NCBI GenBank assembly: GCA_000004695.1
Contig: CM000151.3
Coordinates: forward strand, 6,304,001 to 6,368,000
Length of the DNA: 64,000 nucleotides
Source of the DNA: Dictyostelium discoideum
Taxonomy: Eukaryota
Direction: 5' to 3'
Position 1 is the stretch's first letter. Every line of letters begins with the position of its first letter. Both the position numbers and the translations under genes were made by a program. The notes below the pieces were generated by a model, which saw nothing but the letters and a program-made list of their open reading frames with translations, ran no database searches and was not told the origin of the DNA. This document shows, in pieces, positions 1 to 13,238 of the stretch.

Positions 1-1656
1 CATACTCAAGTAGTTTCCAAACGTTCCTTTGCCACTAAATATATTCAACAACTTTTATCCAATTGTGTCTCTGCTGGTTTAAATATTGCCACATCACCAG
101 AGGAATTATTACCAACACTCATGAGTGGTAGAGTATTATGTGAATTGATCAATAAAGTTTACCCAGGCACTATAGATGAACGTGTAATTCAAAAGACTCA
201 ACAATTTTGTAAAAAGAATTTAATGTTGGCTTATAATGGTGCTAAGGCACTTGGTGCAACATCAGTACCAGATATCGTCTTCTTATCCGATGATAAAGAT
301 ACCATTTCATCCACTGTATTACATAATTTAACTTGGTCAATCGTTGAAACTTGTCTTCTTCAATCAGCTGATCCAACAAAGAATCGTCATCTCTTCCATC
401 TATTGAGAGCTGAGACCAGAACAAGTTTCATGAAGTTAGAGAAAGAAAAGATTATGTTACGTTGGTTCAATTATCATCTAAGAAAAGGTAGTAGTCGTTC
501 CATCAATAACTTCACTGACGATCTTGAAGATTGTGAAAATTATGCCTATCTCTTTTCAATTATCGCTCCACAACATTCTTTGAAATCTGAAATCCTCAAA
601 GAAAATGATTGGGAGAAGAGAGCAGAGATGGTACTCTCAATGGCTGCTAAAATCGGTTGTATGTCATTGTTAAGTCCACGTGATATCGTTGAAACTGAAA
701 ATAGTCAACTCAATCAATTATTCGTCGCCGATATTATGAGAGTTGCTCACGGTTTACCAGCTTATCAATTCCGTTTAGATGTTGAACAATTGGATGATCA
801 AGTTCAAAAATCAAAGGATCAAGGTAACAATGATGTTGAACTCCTTCAATGGGTAAATGGTTTAGCCATTGATGGTGTCGATGCTAAACATCTCTTGGAG
901 GACTTTAAGTCGGGTTATCTCTTTTTAAAGATCTTTGAAAAAGTTACACCACCTGGTACTTTGGATGCAAAGAGATTCAAAACCAATCCAACCAGTGTTT
1001 TCAAAATGGTTGAACTATGTAATTATACAATGGAAATCTGTCATAAATTTAAATTAAATGTTGCTGGTACAGCTGGTACCGATTTGGCCAATGGTGATAT
1101 TCGTTCAAATCGTGCCATTCTCAATCAAATTCGTCGTGTTATCGTTGGTGAAAAGACTGTTGTTGATTCAGTCATTGCCAATCAATCTGCTGTCTTAAAA
1201 TGGGCAAACAACAAGATTGGTTTGGATGTAAAAGTAAAGAGTATTCAAAGTTTCAAAGATCAATTCCTTCAAGATGGTTTATTCCTCTTGGAATTATTAT
1301 CCTCTATAGAGCAAAACTCTGTAGATCGTAAAAATATCATCACTAATTGTTCCAACGAAGAACAACAAGAATCAAATTGTCGTTACTTTTTATCTTGTGC
1401 TTGGTCAACTGGTATACCTTTAAATGTAGTTTGGGAAGATGTTCAAAAAGTTAGATCAAAATCAATCAAACATATTGTTGAAACTTTACAATCTTGGGAC
1501 TTATTAAAATCTCAACATCAAAATTTAATTAATAATAATAATAATAATAACAATAATAATAGTAATAATAATAATAATAATATTAATAATAATAATAATA
1601 ATAATAGTAATAATAATAATAGTAATAATAATAATAATAATAGTAATAATATATAG
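1..1656 (+). CDS. Fimbrin/plastin-like actin-bundling protein with tandem calponin-homology (CH) domains; 5'-partial (frame open from base 1), ends in a poly-Asn tail
   Basis: The frame runs without stops from nt 1 through the 121..1656 ORF. Repeated CH-domain signatures are visible, including '...LMLAYNGAKALGATSVPDIVFLSDDKDTISSTVLHNLTWSIV' and 'LLRWFNYHLRKG...NFTDDLEDCENYAYLFSIIAP'. Codon usage is Dictyostelium-like and the C-terminus is (AAT)n-encoded poly-N. The fimbrin family assignment is inferred from the presence of at least 3 CH-like segments. Confidence 0.55.
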   Translation, partial: HTQVVSKRSFATKYIQQLLSNCVSAGLNIATSPEELLPTLMSGRVLCELINKVYPGTIDERVIQKTQQFCKKNLMLAYNGAKALGATSVPDIVFLSDDKDTISSTVLHNLTWSIVETCLLQSADPTKNRHLFHLLRAETRTSFMKLEKEKIMLRWFNYHLRKGSSRSINNFTDDLEDCENYAYLFSIIAPQHSLKSEILKENDWEKRAEMVLSMAAKIGCMSLLSPRDIVETENSQLNQLFVADIMRVAHGLPAYQFRLDVEQLDDQVQKSKDQGNNDVELLQWVNGLAIDGVDAKHLLEDFKSGYLFLKIFEKVTPPGTLDAKRFKTNPTSVFKMVELCNYTMEICHKFKLNVAGTAGTDLANGDIRSNRAILNQIRRVIVGEKTVVDSVIANQSAVLKWANNKIGLDVKVKSIQSFKDQFLQDGLFLLELLSSIEQNSVDRKNIITNCSNEEQQESNCRYFLSCAWSTGIPLNVVWEDVQKVRSKSIKHIVETLQSWDLLKSQHQNLINNNNNNNNNNSNNNNNNINNNNNNNSNNNNSNNNNNNSNNI

Positions 1657-2372
1657 TATCATTACAAATTAATATAAATAAAATTTTTTTTTAAATTGTA
1701 TAAAAAATGTTTCCTATAAATTATGATTAAGTTTGTTGTATTTAATTTCGTTATTAAAGTTTTATTAGATTGGACTGAATTAATTTTTTTTTTTTTTTTT
1801 TTTTTTTGGTGTTATTCAATTTTATTATTATTTTTATTTTTATTCTCAAAACTATTAGTTTTATAATAAATAAAAACCAGTTTGTATACCTCTTCTTTTA
1901 TTATGTAAATATTAATTTGATTTTGTTGGTGATTATTAAATATTTAATTTCATATTTATTTTAGAGTTGATGGAAAAAAATAAAAATGAAAATAAAAATT
2001 TTCAACACAAACCCTCAATGACAGATTTTAATAATAAACAAATAATTTTAAATTATTAAATAGAATTAAAAAAATGGAAAAAACAACCAATAACAATATA
2101 AAGGGATTGCAGTTAAAAAATAATAGTAATAATTTTAAAAAAAAAATTAAAAAAAATAATAAACAAATCCAATTAATTATAAAATATTATATTAATATAA
2201 TATATTTTATAATATCTTTTTAAAAAAAAAATAAATAAATAAAAATATTTTTAAAAAAAAAAAATTTTTTTTAAACAAAAATTTTTTTTTTATAGGATTT
2301 TTCGTTCGTTTTTTTTTTTTTTTTTTCAAGATTAGTCTAATTATAACCACGGAAAAAAAAAAAAAAAAAAAA

Positions 2373-2610
2373 ATGGAGTTGAATAATATAGTGGATGATG
2401 AATACTTTAAAAGTTATTTCAATTTAAATGTTCATGAAGTAATGTTAAAAGATAAACCAAGAACTTTAGCTTACAAAAATGCAATAGAGTTAAATTCGAT
2501 TGATTTTCAAGATAAAGTGGTAATTGATGGTAAAAAAAAAAAAAAATAACCCATATAATCAGTCAATAGAAATAATTATTTTTTTATTAACATTTATTTT
2601 AAATAAATAA

Positions 2611-2683
<73 letters not shown>

Positions 2684-3707
2684 TAGTTGGATCAGGTACA
2701 GGTATATTATCAATGTTTGCAGCAAAAGCAGGAGCAAAAAGAGTATATGCAATTGAAGGATCATTAATGGCAGGATATTGTTCACAATTGGTTCAACATA
2801 ATAAACTTGATTCAATTATAAAGGTAGTTCATAAGAGAATGGAAGAAATTACAGATGAAATTGAAGATGAAAAAGTTGATATCATTATTTCAGAGTGGAT
2901 GGGATTTTATTTATTTCACGAATCAATGTTAAACAGTGTATTGTATGCACGTGATCGTTATTTAAAAGATAATGGTATAATGTTTCCATCTAGAGCAGAT
3001 ATATTTTTAGCACCAGTAAATATGAATAAATTAATGGATAAAAAAATAAACTTTTGGAATGATGTATATGGTTTTGATTTTTCAATTTTATCTGAACCAG
3101 CTCTTCAAGAATTACCAGCTCCATATGTTGAATATTTAGAAAAAGATCAATTAGTTTTAAAAGAAAATAAAATTTTATCTGTAAATTTTAATAGTATGTA
3201 TATATATATATAATTAAAATTTATTAAACCACCCCCATACAAAAAAAGAAAAATTTTATTAACACTATAGATTATTTAATTAATATAAAAATAGCAATTA
3301 CATGTGAAGAATTAGAAGATATAATAATAAATAATATAGATTTTAAATTTCCAGAAAATATTAAACCAAAAACTATTCACGGATTTGGAATTTGGTTTAT
3401 TTGTTATTTCGACGGATCAAAAGGTACTGTCGAATTATCAACAGCACCAGGTGATCCAGAAACTCATTGGAAACAAACTACAATCCTTTTACCATCAGGT
3501 ATTGATTTAGAAGGTGGAGAAACAATGACTTGTAGATTACAAATGACCCAAGATTCTTTGAATAAAAGAATTTATGATTTAAATTTAGAGTTTCCAGATG
3601 ACGAAGAACAAGAAATGGAACAAGATGGTGATGACGATGATGATGAAGAACATGAAGAATCATGTGATTGTTTAAAATGTAAAATCATTAGAGAACATTC
3701 AAAATAA
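2373..3707 (+). CDS. prmt1: Protein arginine N-methyltransferase, type I (PRMT1-like). Three exons: 2373..2529, 2687..3193, 3295..3707
   Basis: Exon 1 ends '...VVID'. Intron 1 runs GT(2530) to AG(2686) and contains an (AAT)n microsatellite. Exon 2 begins with the SAM-binding motif 'VGSGTGILSMFAAKAGA' (split across the junction as VVID|VGSGTG) and carries 'SEWMGFYLF' plus the 'YGFDFS' motif. Intron 2 runs from the GTATGT donor at 3194 to the AG at 3293-3294. Exon 3 carries the PRMT signature 'THWKQT'. Frames are continuous across both junctions, giving about 358 aa. Confidence 0.85.
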
Positions 3708-3784
3708 ATTTTTATTAAATTTCTTTTTTAAATATTAAGATTAAAATTGTTTTTAAAAAATTATTTTATTATGAGTTTTAATGT

Positions 3785-6700
3785 TTAATCAAATAAATTT
3801 TCCACATTTTTAGCTTTTGGTTTTGATTTCGAAGGAGTTGCTTTTGTTGGAGTTGCTTTTGTAGTTGTGTTGGTATCATCATCGAATAAATTATCAACGG
3901 CTTTAGTTGATTTTGCTTTAGTAGTAGTTGTTGTAGTTGTTGTTGTTGTTGATTTTGAGGTTGTACTAGTAATATCATCGAAAATATCATCAGAAATAAC
4001 TGGTTTAGTAGTTGATGATGCTTTTTTGGCTGCAGCACTTTTAACTGAAGCTTTTGGTCTTGAAATAATATCTGGGATATCATCAAAGAATGAATCTGTT
4101 TCAGATTTAGTTTCAACTGCTTTGGTTGATTTCTTGGTTGTTGTAGTTTTTGGTGTTTCTTTTGGTTGTTCTTTTTCTTTTGTTTGTTCTTTTTCTTTTG
4201 GTGTTTCTTTTGGTGTTTCTTTTGGTGTTTCTGGTTCAGATTTTTTAGGAGCAGAGGAAAGAGCAGCTTTGGTTTCAGAAGCAGTTGGTTTAGTAGTAGT
4301 AGATGCAAAGATATCACCTAATGGGTCAATTGTAACTTTTTCTGATGTTGATTTAATAGTTGGAGATGGTGAAGATTTACCACTAGAAGTTTTTTCTGAT
4401 GGAATATCATCAAAGAATGATGTATTTGAAATAGTCTTCTTTGTTGGTTCAGAAACAACTGGTTTGGTTGTAATTGGTGAAGAGGATCTGACTTTTTCAG
4501 ATTCTGAATCGGATTTTTGAGTTGGAGTTGGAGATTCTGATCTATTTGGAGCAGAAGTACCAGATTTACGAGTTGGAGGTCTACGACCACCAGATTTTGG
4601 TCTACTTGCAGTTGCATGAGTCAATTCTTTAACTGGTTCACTTTCTTCAGAGTCATTATTATTACGAGACGAAACTGTATTTCTACGTGGTCTACCACCA
4701 GATAGGGTTGGAGAAGTGACAGATGGTGATGATCTACCAGAATCTGATAAATCAGTTGCAGATGAATCATTATCATTATTTGTACTACTATCATCTTCAT
4801 TTTCTGATTCTTCTTTCTTTTTCTTTGGCATTTTAGATCCTGGTAAAAACATATTTGGATTTAATGATAATTTATTTTGAAGTGACGAAATATTTGATGT
4901 TTTCTTTGTTGGTTCAGCTTTTTCTGATGTTGGTGATTCTGATCTATTCTTTTCTTGTTGTTGTTGTTGTAGTTGTTGTTGTGCTTCAAACATTGATCCA
5001 ATTGATTTAGTTCTATTCTTTGTATTATTACTTGTTAATGGTGATGGTACATCCTCTCCTAATGGTGATGGTGGTGGAGGTGGTTTTGCATTATTATTAT
5101 TGTTGTTATTTGTGAATGTTGGTAAACCTAATGAAAGTGGATCATCAGATTCAATATTTGCTGTTGTAGATGTAAGTGGTGGTGTAGTAGTTGTCTTTGA
5201 TTTTGGTTTTGTAATTCCTAATGGATCATCACTACCAGAGAAGAAACTATCAAAATCTGATGATTTCTTTTCTTCAACTTTTTTATTACCGCTACTAGTA
5301 TCCAAATCACCAAAAAAGTCTTTACTTGATGTTGTTGTTGTTGTTGTTGTTGTTGATTTCTTTGTTGTTGATGAGAAAATATCATCATCATTCTTTTTAT
5401 TTGATGATAATGGTGAATCTGTGTCTTCAAAATCGAAAAAGTTTGATTTAGTTGATTTTTTAACTGCTGGTTTATTTTCAGTAGCAGTTGTTGATGATGA
5501 TGTTGTTGGATTTTTTTTAATTGAGAAATCACCAAATACTGATTCTTCGTCACCACCACCGAGTGGGTTAGATTCTTTCTTGTCTGATTCAACTTTGGTT
5601 GGTTCAACTTTTGCTGGTTCAACTTTTGTTGGTTCAGCTTTGGTTGGTTCGACTTTGGTTGGTTCAACTTTAGTTGGTTCAGATTTTGCTGGTTCGTCTT
5701 TTGTTAAATCACCATCAAAGAAATTAGTTTTCTTTGGTTTTTGAGCGACTGGTTTTTTAATATCACCAAATAATGGGTCTGATTCAATGGTTGAAACTGG
5801 TGATGCTGGTGAAATAGAAGCTTCTGATGGTTTTTTGATATCAAGTCCACTAAATGGATCAATTGATGGTGTTGTTGTTGTATCTTGTTTCTTCTTTGGT
5901 TCCTCAGTGATTGGTTGTTTCTTTGTTTCTGTTGTTGTTTTACTTGAATCAAAACTAAATAAATCATCATCACCACCACTCTTTTTATTTGATGATAATG
6001 GTGAATCTGTATCTTCAAAATCGAAAAAGTTTGATTTAGTTGATTTTTTAACTGCTGGTTTTGTGGTTGTTGTTGTTGTTGCTGTTGTTGGTGCTTTTGG
6101 AATATCAAGATCATCATCAGTAGTAGTTGATTTAGTTGGTTTAGTTTCTTGTTCTTTTTTAGAATTTGCTTTTGGAATATCAAATGAATCATCATCATTA
6201 CTACCAGCAGCACCAACTCCAAATGGATCTTGAACTTTTGGTTTATTTTTATCACTAGAGATTGAATCAATTCCAAGTACATCACTATCGACATATTTCT
6301 TTGGATCATGTCTTTTAATTTTCTTTTCTGGTACATCTAATAAGCCACCTTCTGAACCAAAGATTTCAGCATCCTTCTTGGTTGCAGATGTTGATTTCTT
6401 ATCTGATGAGAAAAAGTCATCCTCTGATGCTTTTGACTCTGTCTTTGGTGCTGGTGATGGAGATGATTTACCACCAGTGCCAACTTTCTTTCCACTGAAT
6501 ATATCACCACCAGCAGCATCGAAATCAAATAATTTAACACCACCAACTGGTTTCTTTGGTGCTGGACTACTTTTACCAGTTGTTGACTCACTACCTGATG
6601 CATCTGAATCAGGTATTGGAGTTGGTGGTTTGGTAGTAGTTGCTGTTGGTGCTGCTGATGTTGTAGTTGATTTTGGTTTTGGAGTACCAAATAGATCATC

Positions 6701-7287
6701 TTCATCCATACCATCCAAAAAGCTAAGTGATGATGATTTCTTTGTTTCTTTTTTGGTTGCTGGTGTTAGATCTTCATCAGTGAATAAATCATTTAATGTT
6801 TTCTTTTGTTGTGGTTGTGAAGAGGTAGTAGTTGAATCTTTTTTAGAGGTTGGTAAAGCTGTTTCATCATCACCAAATAATGAATCATCAAATGTAACTT
6901 TTCTACTAGCACTACTTTTTGGTGCAGGTGTTTCTTCAGAATCACCGAATAAATCATCATCAAACATTGATTTCTTCTTTGGTTTTGAAGTGGTTGTAGT
7001 TGAACTACTACCACCGAATAAATCATCGTCACCTCCTTTATTCTTTGAAGATAATGTATTATTAAGTTCATCAGCGAATGGATCTTTCTTTTTAGTTGGT
7101 TCATCACCATCTGCATCTTCTTGTTGTTGTTGTTTCTTTTTACTACCACCGAATAAATCATCTTCATCATCACCACCTAAAATATCTGATAATGAAGAAG
7201 TGTATGAATTTGATGATTTTTTACTTGCGACTGGTTTATCACCGAAAATATCATCCTCATCTTCAAATAATGATTCAGACTATAGTA

Positions 7288-7321
<34 letters not shown>

Positions 7322-8017
7322 GAATTAATAAAAATCATTATAAAAAAAAAAAAAAGAAAACAATAATGAATAACTACCTTCTTATTTGCATTATTTTCAG
7401 ATGTAGCATCTTCATCTTGGAAGAAAAAGTTTTGTTGTTTTGGTTGTTCATCAGTGAGGAACAATGTTGATTGTTGTTGTTCATCTTTTTCATCATCATC
7501 ATCACTACTACTTTCACTTGAAGATTCATCACTACCATCCTCAGCATCAACATCTTCCTCATCTTCTTCATCTGAAGAATCAGAATCAGAATCTTCAATG
7601 AATAAACCACAGAAATCATCTTGATGAAATTGTTGTGAACCAATGATATGTGGTAATGGGTATCTTAAATAGTGATCTAATTTCTCTTTCTTCTTTTCTG
7701 TATTTGCTGATGGTTGTGCATCAGTACCTGCTTGTTCACCACCTTCAACTAAACCGCCTTCAGCTGATGATGCTGCAATACTACCATTCATTTGTTGTTG
7801 ATAATCATTATTATTGTTATTACTATTTGATTGTTCTGAAATTTCCAATGCTGCATTTACAAAGTTTGCTTTCTCTAATGCTTCCAAACCAATTAATATT
7901 GCTTTTGAAAATTTTGGTATTAATATTTCTTCTGTAATCTCTTGTTGTTGTGGTTTATCTGTTTGTTCATTTTGCTCATTATTTAATTCTGAATTATCTT
8001 CATAAACTCTCTGTTTG

Positions 8018-8060
<43 letters not shown>

Positions 8061-8539
8061 TTTATATTAATAATTATTCTACTTTAATGAAATAATAATA
8101 ATTTATATATATATATGAGTATAGTCATACATTTTCAATGAATTGAGTATTTGATAACATTAAAAATTGATCAAATGTATTATGAACTTTAACATGAATT
8201 GATTTTGAATCTTTAACTAATTCATCAACTTGAAATTCTAATTCTTTAGTTTTATAGATAAGTTTATTTGCAAAATCTTGCATATAATTTAAAAGCTGTA
8301 TTGATATTTTGAAAAAAAATTTTAAGATTTTATTAGTGATCACTTTAAAAAGAGGTATATTAAAAAAAAAATAAGTATAGTAAATAAATACTTACACCTG
8401 CATCTGATGATAAATTCCAATCCTTTGCAGAATCTCTCATTTCATTGATTGTCCATACTTTTTTCCATGGTACATCATCTGGGTTCGATGGTTGTTCACG
8501 AACTGGTTGTTGTTGTTGTTGTGGTTGTTCTTCAGGCAT
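3785..8539 (-). CDS. fam21: WASH complex subunit FAM21 homologue. Four exons (minus strand): 8539..8396, 8295..8131, 8010..7378, 7279..3785; about 1478 aa
   Basis: The N-terminal head is strongly FAM21-like: exon 1 'MPEEQPQQQQQPVREQPSNPDDVPWKKVWTINEMRDSAKDWNLSSDAG', exon 2 'LLNYMQDF...[18 protein letters not shown]', exon 3 'RVYEDNSE...PLPHIIGSQQFHQDDFCGLF'. For comparison, human FAM21 has '[24 protein letters not shown]' and 'PLPYLIGSKLFMEQEDVGL'. The long last exon is a disordered D/E/K/S/T-rich tail with more than 25 dispersed acidic-Phe motifs (DDDLFG, DDIFDD, DPFG, NFFDFED), resembling FAM21 LFa motifs. Introns: GTAAGT donor at 8395 with AG at 8297-8296; GTATGA donor at 8130 with AG at 8012-8011; a weak GTAGTT donor at 7377 with AG at 7281-7280. 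All junctions are frame-consistent. Confidence 0.8.
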
Positions 8540-9320
8540 TTTATTTTATAGCCTATTAATATAATTTATAATCCTATTTTAAACAAACAAACAAACAAAA
8601 AACAAAAAGGATGTAAAAATTATAAATTAATACTTTATATAAAATAAAAAACGAAAAACAATTATTTATATACAAATAAAATAAAAAAATAAAAAATGAC
8701 AAGATTTTTTTTTTTTTCAACAAAAAAAAACTTTTTTTTTTTTAATTTTTATTTTTAATGAAATTTATGTAAACTTTTCAAAAAAAAAAAAAAAAATAGA
8801 AAATTGTTTTTTTTATTTTAATAATTTAATTTTTAATCTTGTTTTTTTTTTTTTAATTTCTATTAATAAACAAAAATATTGAAATTTTAAAAAAAAATAA
8901 ACCAAATAAACTAAATAAAAAACAATTATAAAAAATGATAAAAAAAAATAAATACTAAAAATAAAATTTTTGATTAAAAAAAAAAAAAATGGATTTAGTC
9001 GTTTATCATTTTGTATATTTTCGAGTGCCCTATTTATCCATAATTCTAAAATAAAAATAAAAAAAAAATAAAAAAAAAATTCTAAAATTAAAAAAGATAA
9101 AAATAAAAAAAAAGAAATCTTATTGTTTGGTTTTAGAATTACATGAAATAATACAAAATTTTATTATATCTTAATTTAAAAATTATTTCTATTATTAATT
9201 TTTTTTTTTTTTTTTTTTAAATATTAAAAAAAAAAAAATTTAACATTTGTAAAATATATTTTTTTTTTTTTTTCTTTTAATTATTATAACTTAATTTAAA
9301 AGAAGATAAAGTTCCACCAT

Positions 9321-12300
9321 TTAAATTGATAAACCTTCAATTGGATAAACTTTTCTTGGAGTTCTTGGAGTTCTAATTTTTGGAGAATAAGCGTGATAAC
9401 GAATATTATCTTCAGCATTCTTTTTAGCTTTTTGTTCAATTATATTTTGAATACGAGGATTAACGATGGATTCAATATCCAATTTCAAGAGAATAGTTGG
9501 ATCAATGGCAGTGGCAGTGAAAGAACGAGTTGGTAGGAAATTACTATCTTCATTTGAACGTCTGTAAGCGGTTTCACCGAAAAAGTCACCAACATTTAGA
9601 TAACGAATGATATTTTTATTCTTTTTACTATGAATTCTAACTCTACCTTGTTTAATGATATACATAGAGTCACTTGTATCACCCTCATTGAATATGACTT
9701 GATGATGAGCAAATGAAACATCCTTTGAACCATTGGCAATGCTATCGACCTCTTCTTTATTGATATGTTGAGTGATATTATGTTGGAATGCACGAATGAT
9801 AGCATCACGACAAGAATTGATATGAGATAAATCCATATGCACCTTGGAGATAAAAGTATTTAGATTTGAATGGAATTCAGTACGAAGATCCATAGTTTTC
9901 CAAACCAATAAGCAAACGTCAGTCTCTGCAATGACGGTTGCTGAAGCATCGATATTCTTATCCAATTGTAAAGCACTTTCACCCAACGTTTCACCAGCAC
10001 ATAATTTAATAGTTGGGATTTTAATTGCATCAGTTTTAACGGTGGTTGTAATTGTAGTGGTATCAGTCACAACTGTACCCACCGAAGTTGTAGATTTGAT
10101 TGGTTCATATTCATTCTCGTAAACCAATACTTTGCCACTAAGAATGATATAAAACATATCGGATGGCGAGCCTTTCTTAATGATAACATCATTACGTTTA
10201 ACCCAAATTTTCTTACATAAAAAGAATACTCTTTGAACTTCAGCTGGTGATAATTTTGAGAAAACACTACAATGATTTAAAGCTGTTTGAATTTGAATAC
10301 ACTCTGCCACTCCTTTATATTTTCTATCAACTTTAATGATTTCAGTATTCTCTAAACCTTCTTTTGGACGTATAATCTCACCTTTAGTATCCACTGAACT
10401 ACTACAATGAACGACTCTAATCTTCTTCCTTATCTCTGATGGTAACTCCAAAAGGTTTGCCATTGGTGTATGAATTGGTGCTACACCACTTTCATGAATA
10501 ATCATATCAGCATCAAATACAAATGATTTCAATCTTTCAATTCTCTTTTTTGATAACACACCTTGATCTTTTAATTGTTTAAACTTTTGTAAATCATAAA
10601 ATGTATCTGCTGAATAACTTATCTTTTTATTATAAATTTCTAATTTAAATCTAATTGTTGGTATAACATGAAAACTATAATCAAATTCAAATTCTAAATA
10701 AAAAAAAACCAAACCAATTATTAGTATTAATTTAAATTAAATTATTATTTATGTAATTAAATTACTACTTACCAGCACCTAAAATTTTAATTTTATTACC
10801 AATTGTAACTGGTACCCAAGTATAATAATTTTTTAAACTTTGTTCAGGTAAACCAGTTAATGCTTTTAATTTTCTCATATAAGATTCATTGATAGTTTTA
10901 GTAGTATATAGGGTAACTTTATTTCTTTCAATGATTTTTTGAAGGATACCACTATCATGATCTGCATGACAATGTGTTAAAATGATATGTTCAACTGTTT
11001 TACCATAGATTCCATTTGTTTGAAGATATGTTGTATTACCAACTGGTGGATCAACAACAACACCACTACCATTAATCCAAATGATGAAACCAGTCGTATG
11101 TGAACAATGTGTAAAATCTAAACCATGACTAACACCCAAAAATGTTACACCTAAAATTGGTGCTTTAAATTTCTTTACTTGTTCATGATCATTACCAAAT
11201 GGTAACACTGGTACATATTGTGATTCAATAGTTGAATCAATTACTGAAACTGTATTATTCTTTAATATAATTCTATTACCACTTGTATTTATCATTTGTT
11301 TATCAGTAGTTGATGATGATGATTTATCTTGTTGATCTTGTTGTTGTTCTTGTAATTTTAAATGTAATTGTTTTTGAACTACATGATAATCTTCATGAAA
11401 ACTAATTAAACCTTTAGTATTTCTAATTCTAAGGTTAATTAATTTTGTTGGATCACTTGCAGATGGTAAATCAATATCAACCACACCAAAGGTATCAAAA
11501 GTTTTAAAGATAACATAACTATCTAACTTTTCGTCATTTGCTCTTGGATCAATTGCTAAACGTTCAGTTAATAAATCAATTTTATAATCTGGTATGGTGA
11601 TCTCTTCATCAGTGTAGATGTGTTCAGGAGCTGGACCAAAGATTGACTCACATAGGATGGTTTCAATTCTTTGTTTTTGTTCCACTGTACAAATGATTAC
11701 AACCTTGGTTTTACCTTTTTGTACGAATTTGTTATAGAAAATTGGGAATTCAACCTCTGACAATGAGACATCTTTTGATATTAAGAAATGGGGTACAATG
11801 AAATGACAAATGCTTTGATCCCTTTTCAATGTGTCTGGTGGAATACCAACCTGAATAGACACATTACAATCCGATGGTGTGAACACATACGATGGTCCAC
11901 TAACTTGCATGATCTTATCTTTTGAATAGAATGGCTCTTTATTTTTTTGTAAATACTGTTGTTGTTGTTGCTTTTTTTGTTGCTCAGTTGTGCCATTTCT
12001 TTGTTGAGTTCTTGGTGAATCGTTTATTATCATTTTAGATGATGATGATGATGCTTGTTGTGATTCTAATATATTTAATAGTGATTGAAAATCATTGATC
12101 AATATTGAAATGTTTGAGTCGGGTGACTGGTTATTCTCATTGGTTAATTCTGTAAAGAATCTTTGAATGTCGGTATAATCATTTTCGTTGAACACGCCAC
12201 TGACACTATTATCCAACTGGTTCACTGGTGCCGATAGGTATGCCAATAGCTTTTGTTTTTCATTTGATCTATCGATGGTTTGAGAAACCTTTTCAAAGGT

Positions 12301-12522
12301 GTCCAAGAAATCAATGGTGACTGTAATGGCTTCAATGATCTCTGATACTGTGCCATTGATTTCACCAACTTGTTCAACTATCTCTACATATAACTCCTCA
12401 TAGGAAAGGTAGGGTAAATGTTCAAGCTCTTGACCTAAAAATTCTTTTAATAATTCAGAGATTTCAAAAATATCATCCTCATTTATGAAATTACTTCCAA
12501 TTCTTGCTGAAATCACTGCCAA
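9321..12522 (-). CDS. Class II cyclic-nucleotide phosphodiesterase of the GbpA/GbpB (PdeD/PdeE) type: metallo-beta-lactamase fold followed by two cNMP-binding domains. Two exons (minus strand): 12522..10773 and 10693..9321
   Basis: The beta-lactamase HxHxDH motif 'THCHADHDSG' lies in exon 1 and continues in exon 2 ('DADMIIHESGVAPIHTP'). Two cNMP-binding modules follow: 'FFLCKKIWVKRNDVIIKKGSPSDMFYIILSGKV' and 'VIFNEGDTSDSMYIIKQGRVRI...GDFFGETAY'. The intron runs from the GTAAGT donor (10772..10767) to the AG at 10695-10694; it is phase 1 and completes a GAA codon. The N-terminal 500 aa is a Q/N-rich extension. The true start may lie upstream of the first Met, because the frame stays open 5' of 12522. 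Confidence 0.7.
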
Positions 12523-12740
12523 TAGAAATTTTGATAAATTTCCAAAATAATCTTTATTTCTTGGATATAATAATGATTTAATATCAAAAGTTTTAAATTC
12601 TTCAATCTTATTATCTTTTGTTAAACTTTTTACAAATTTTTCTAAACTATTTTAAAAAAAAAAAAATAATAAAAAAAAAAAAAAAAAGAGAATTAATTTT
12701 AAATTTTAGTAAATTATTTATTTTATTTTTTTTATTATTT

Positions 12741-12771
<31 letters not shown>

Positions 12772-13238
12772 GAGAAAAATTATAAAAAAATAATAATTAA
12801 GATAAACAAAAATAAATAAAAAATATGTGAAAATATTATATACATACTATCTTAGAAAATCTATAATGTTATCCCCATATTTAGAATTCATTTTTTTTTA
12901 TTTTTATTTTTAGTTTTTTTTAGTTTTTTTTTTTTTTTTAATAATAAATAAAAAAAATAAATAATATTATACAATCTAATAAATAAAATTAAATAATTAT
13001 ATAAAAAATAAATAAATTAATTAATTATAAATAAATAATAATAAATTGAAAAAGATAACAATGTAATTACAGGAAAAAAAAAAAAAAAAAAGGTTTATGT
13101 TTTTTATTTTTTTTTTTATTTTTTTTTTATGGTTTTTATTTTATAATTTTTTTTTATTTTTATTTTGTAATGTTAATTAAAAAAAAAAAAAAAAAGTTGA
13201 AATGATATGATAGGTGAGCACTATATAATATTTTAATT

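Noticed and set aside
3213-3213. Treating the TAA at 3211-3213 as the PRMT stop codon (ORF 2713..3213)
   Set aside because: A GTATGT donor at 3194 and an AG acceptor at 3293-3294 join in frame to a downstream exon. That exon encodes the conserved 'EDIIINNIDFKF...THWKQT' C-terminal PRMT barrel, so the stop lies inside an intron.
3867-7292. Plus-strand ORFs 3867..4520, 5100..5744, 5787..6233 and 6378..7292 (V/S/F/G-rich) overlapping the FAM21 last exon
   Set aside because: They are antisense read-throughs of a codon-repeat, low-complexity coding region: GTT/GTA-rich sequence opposite AAC/ACT codons. They have no start context, no motifs and biased nonsense composition. The real gene is on the minus strand.
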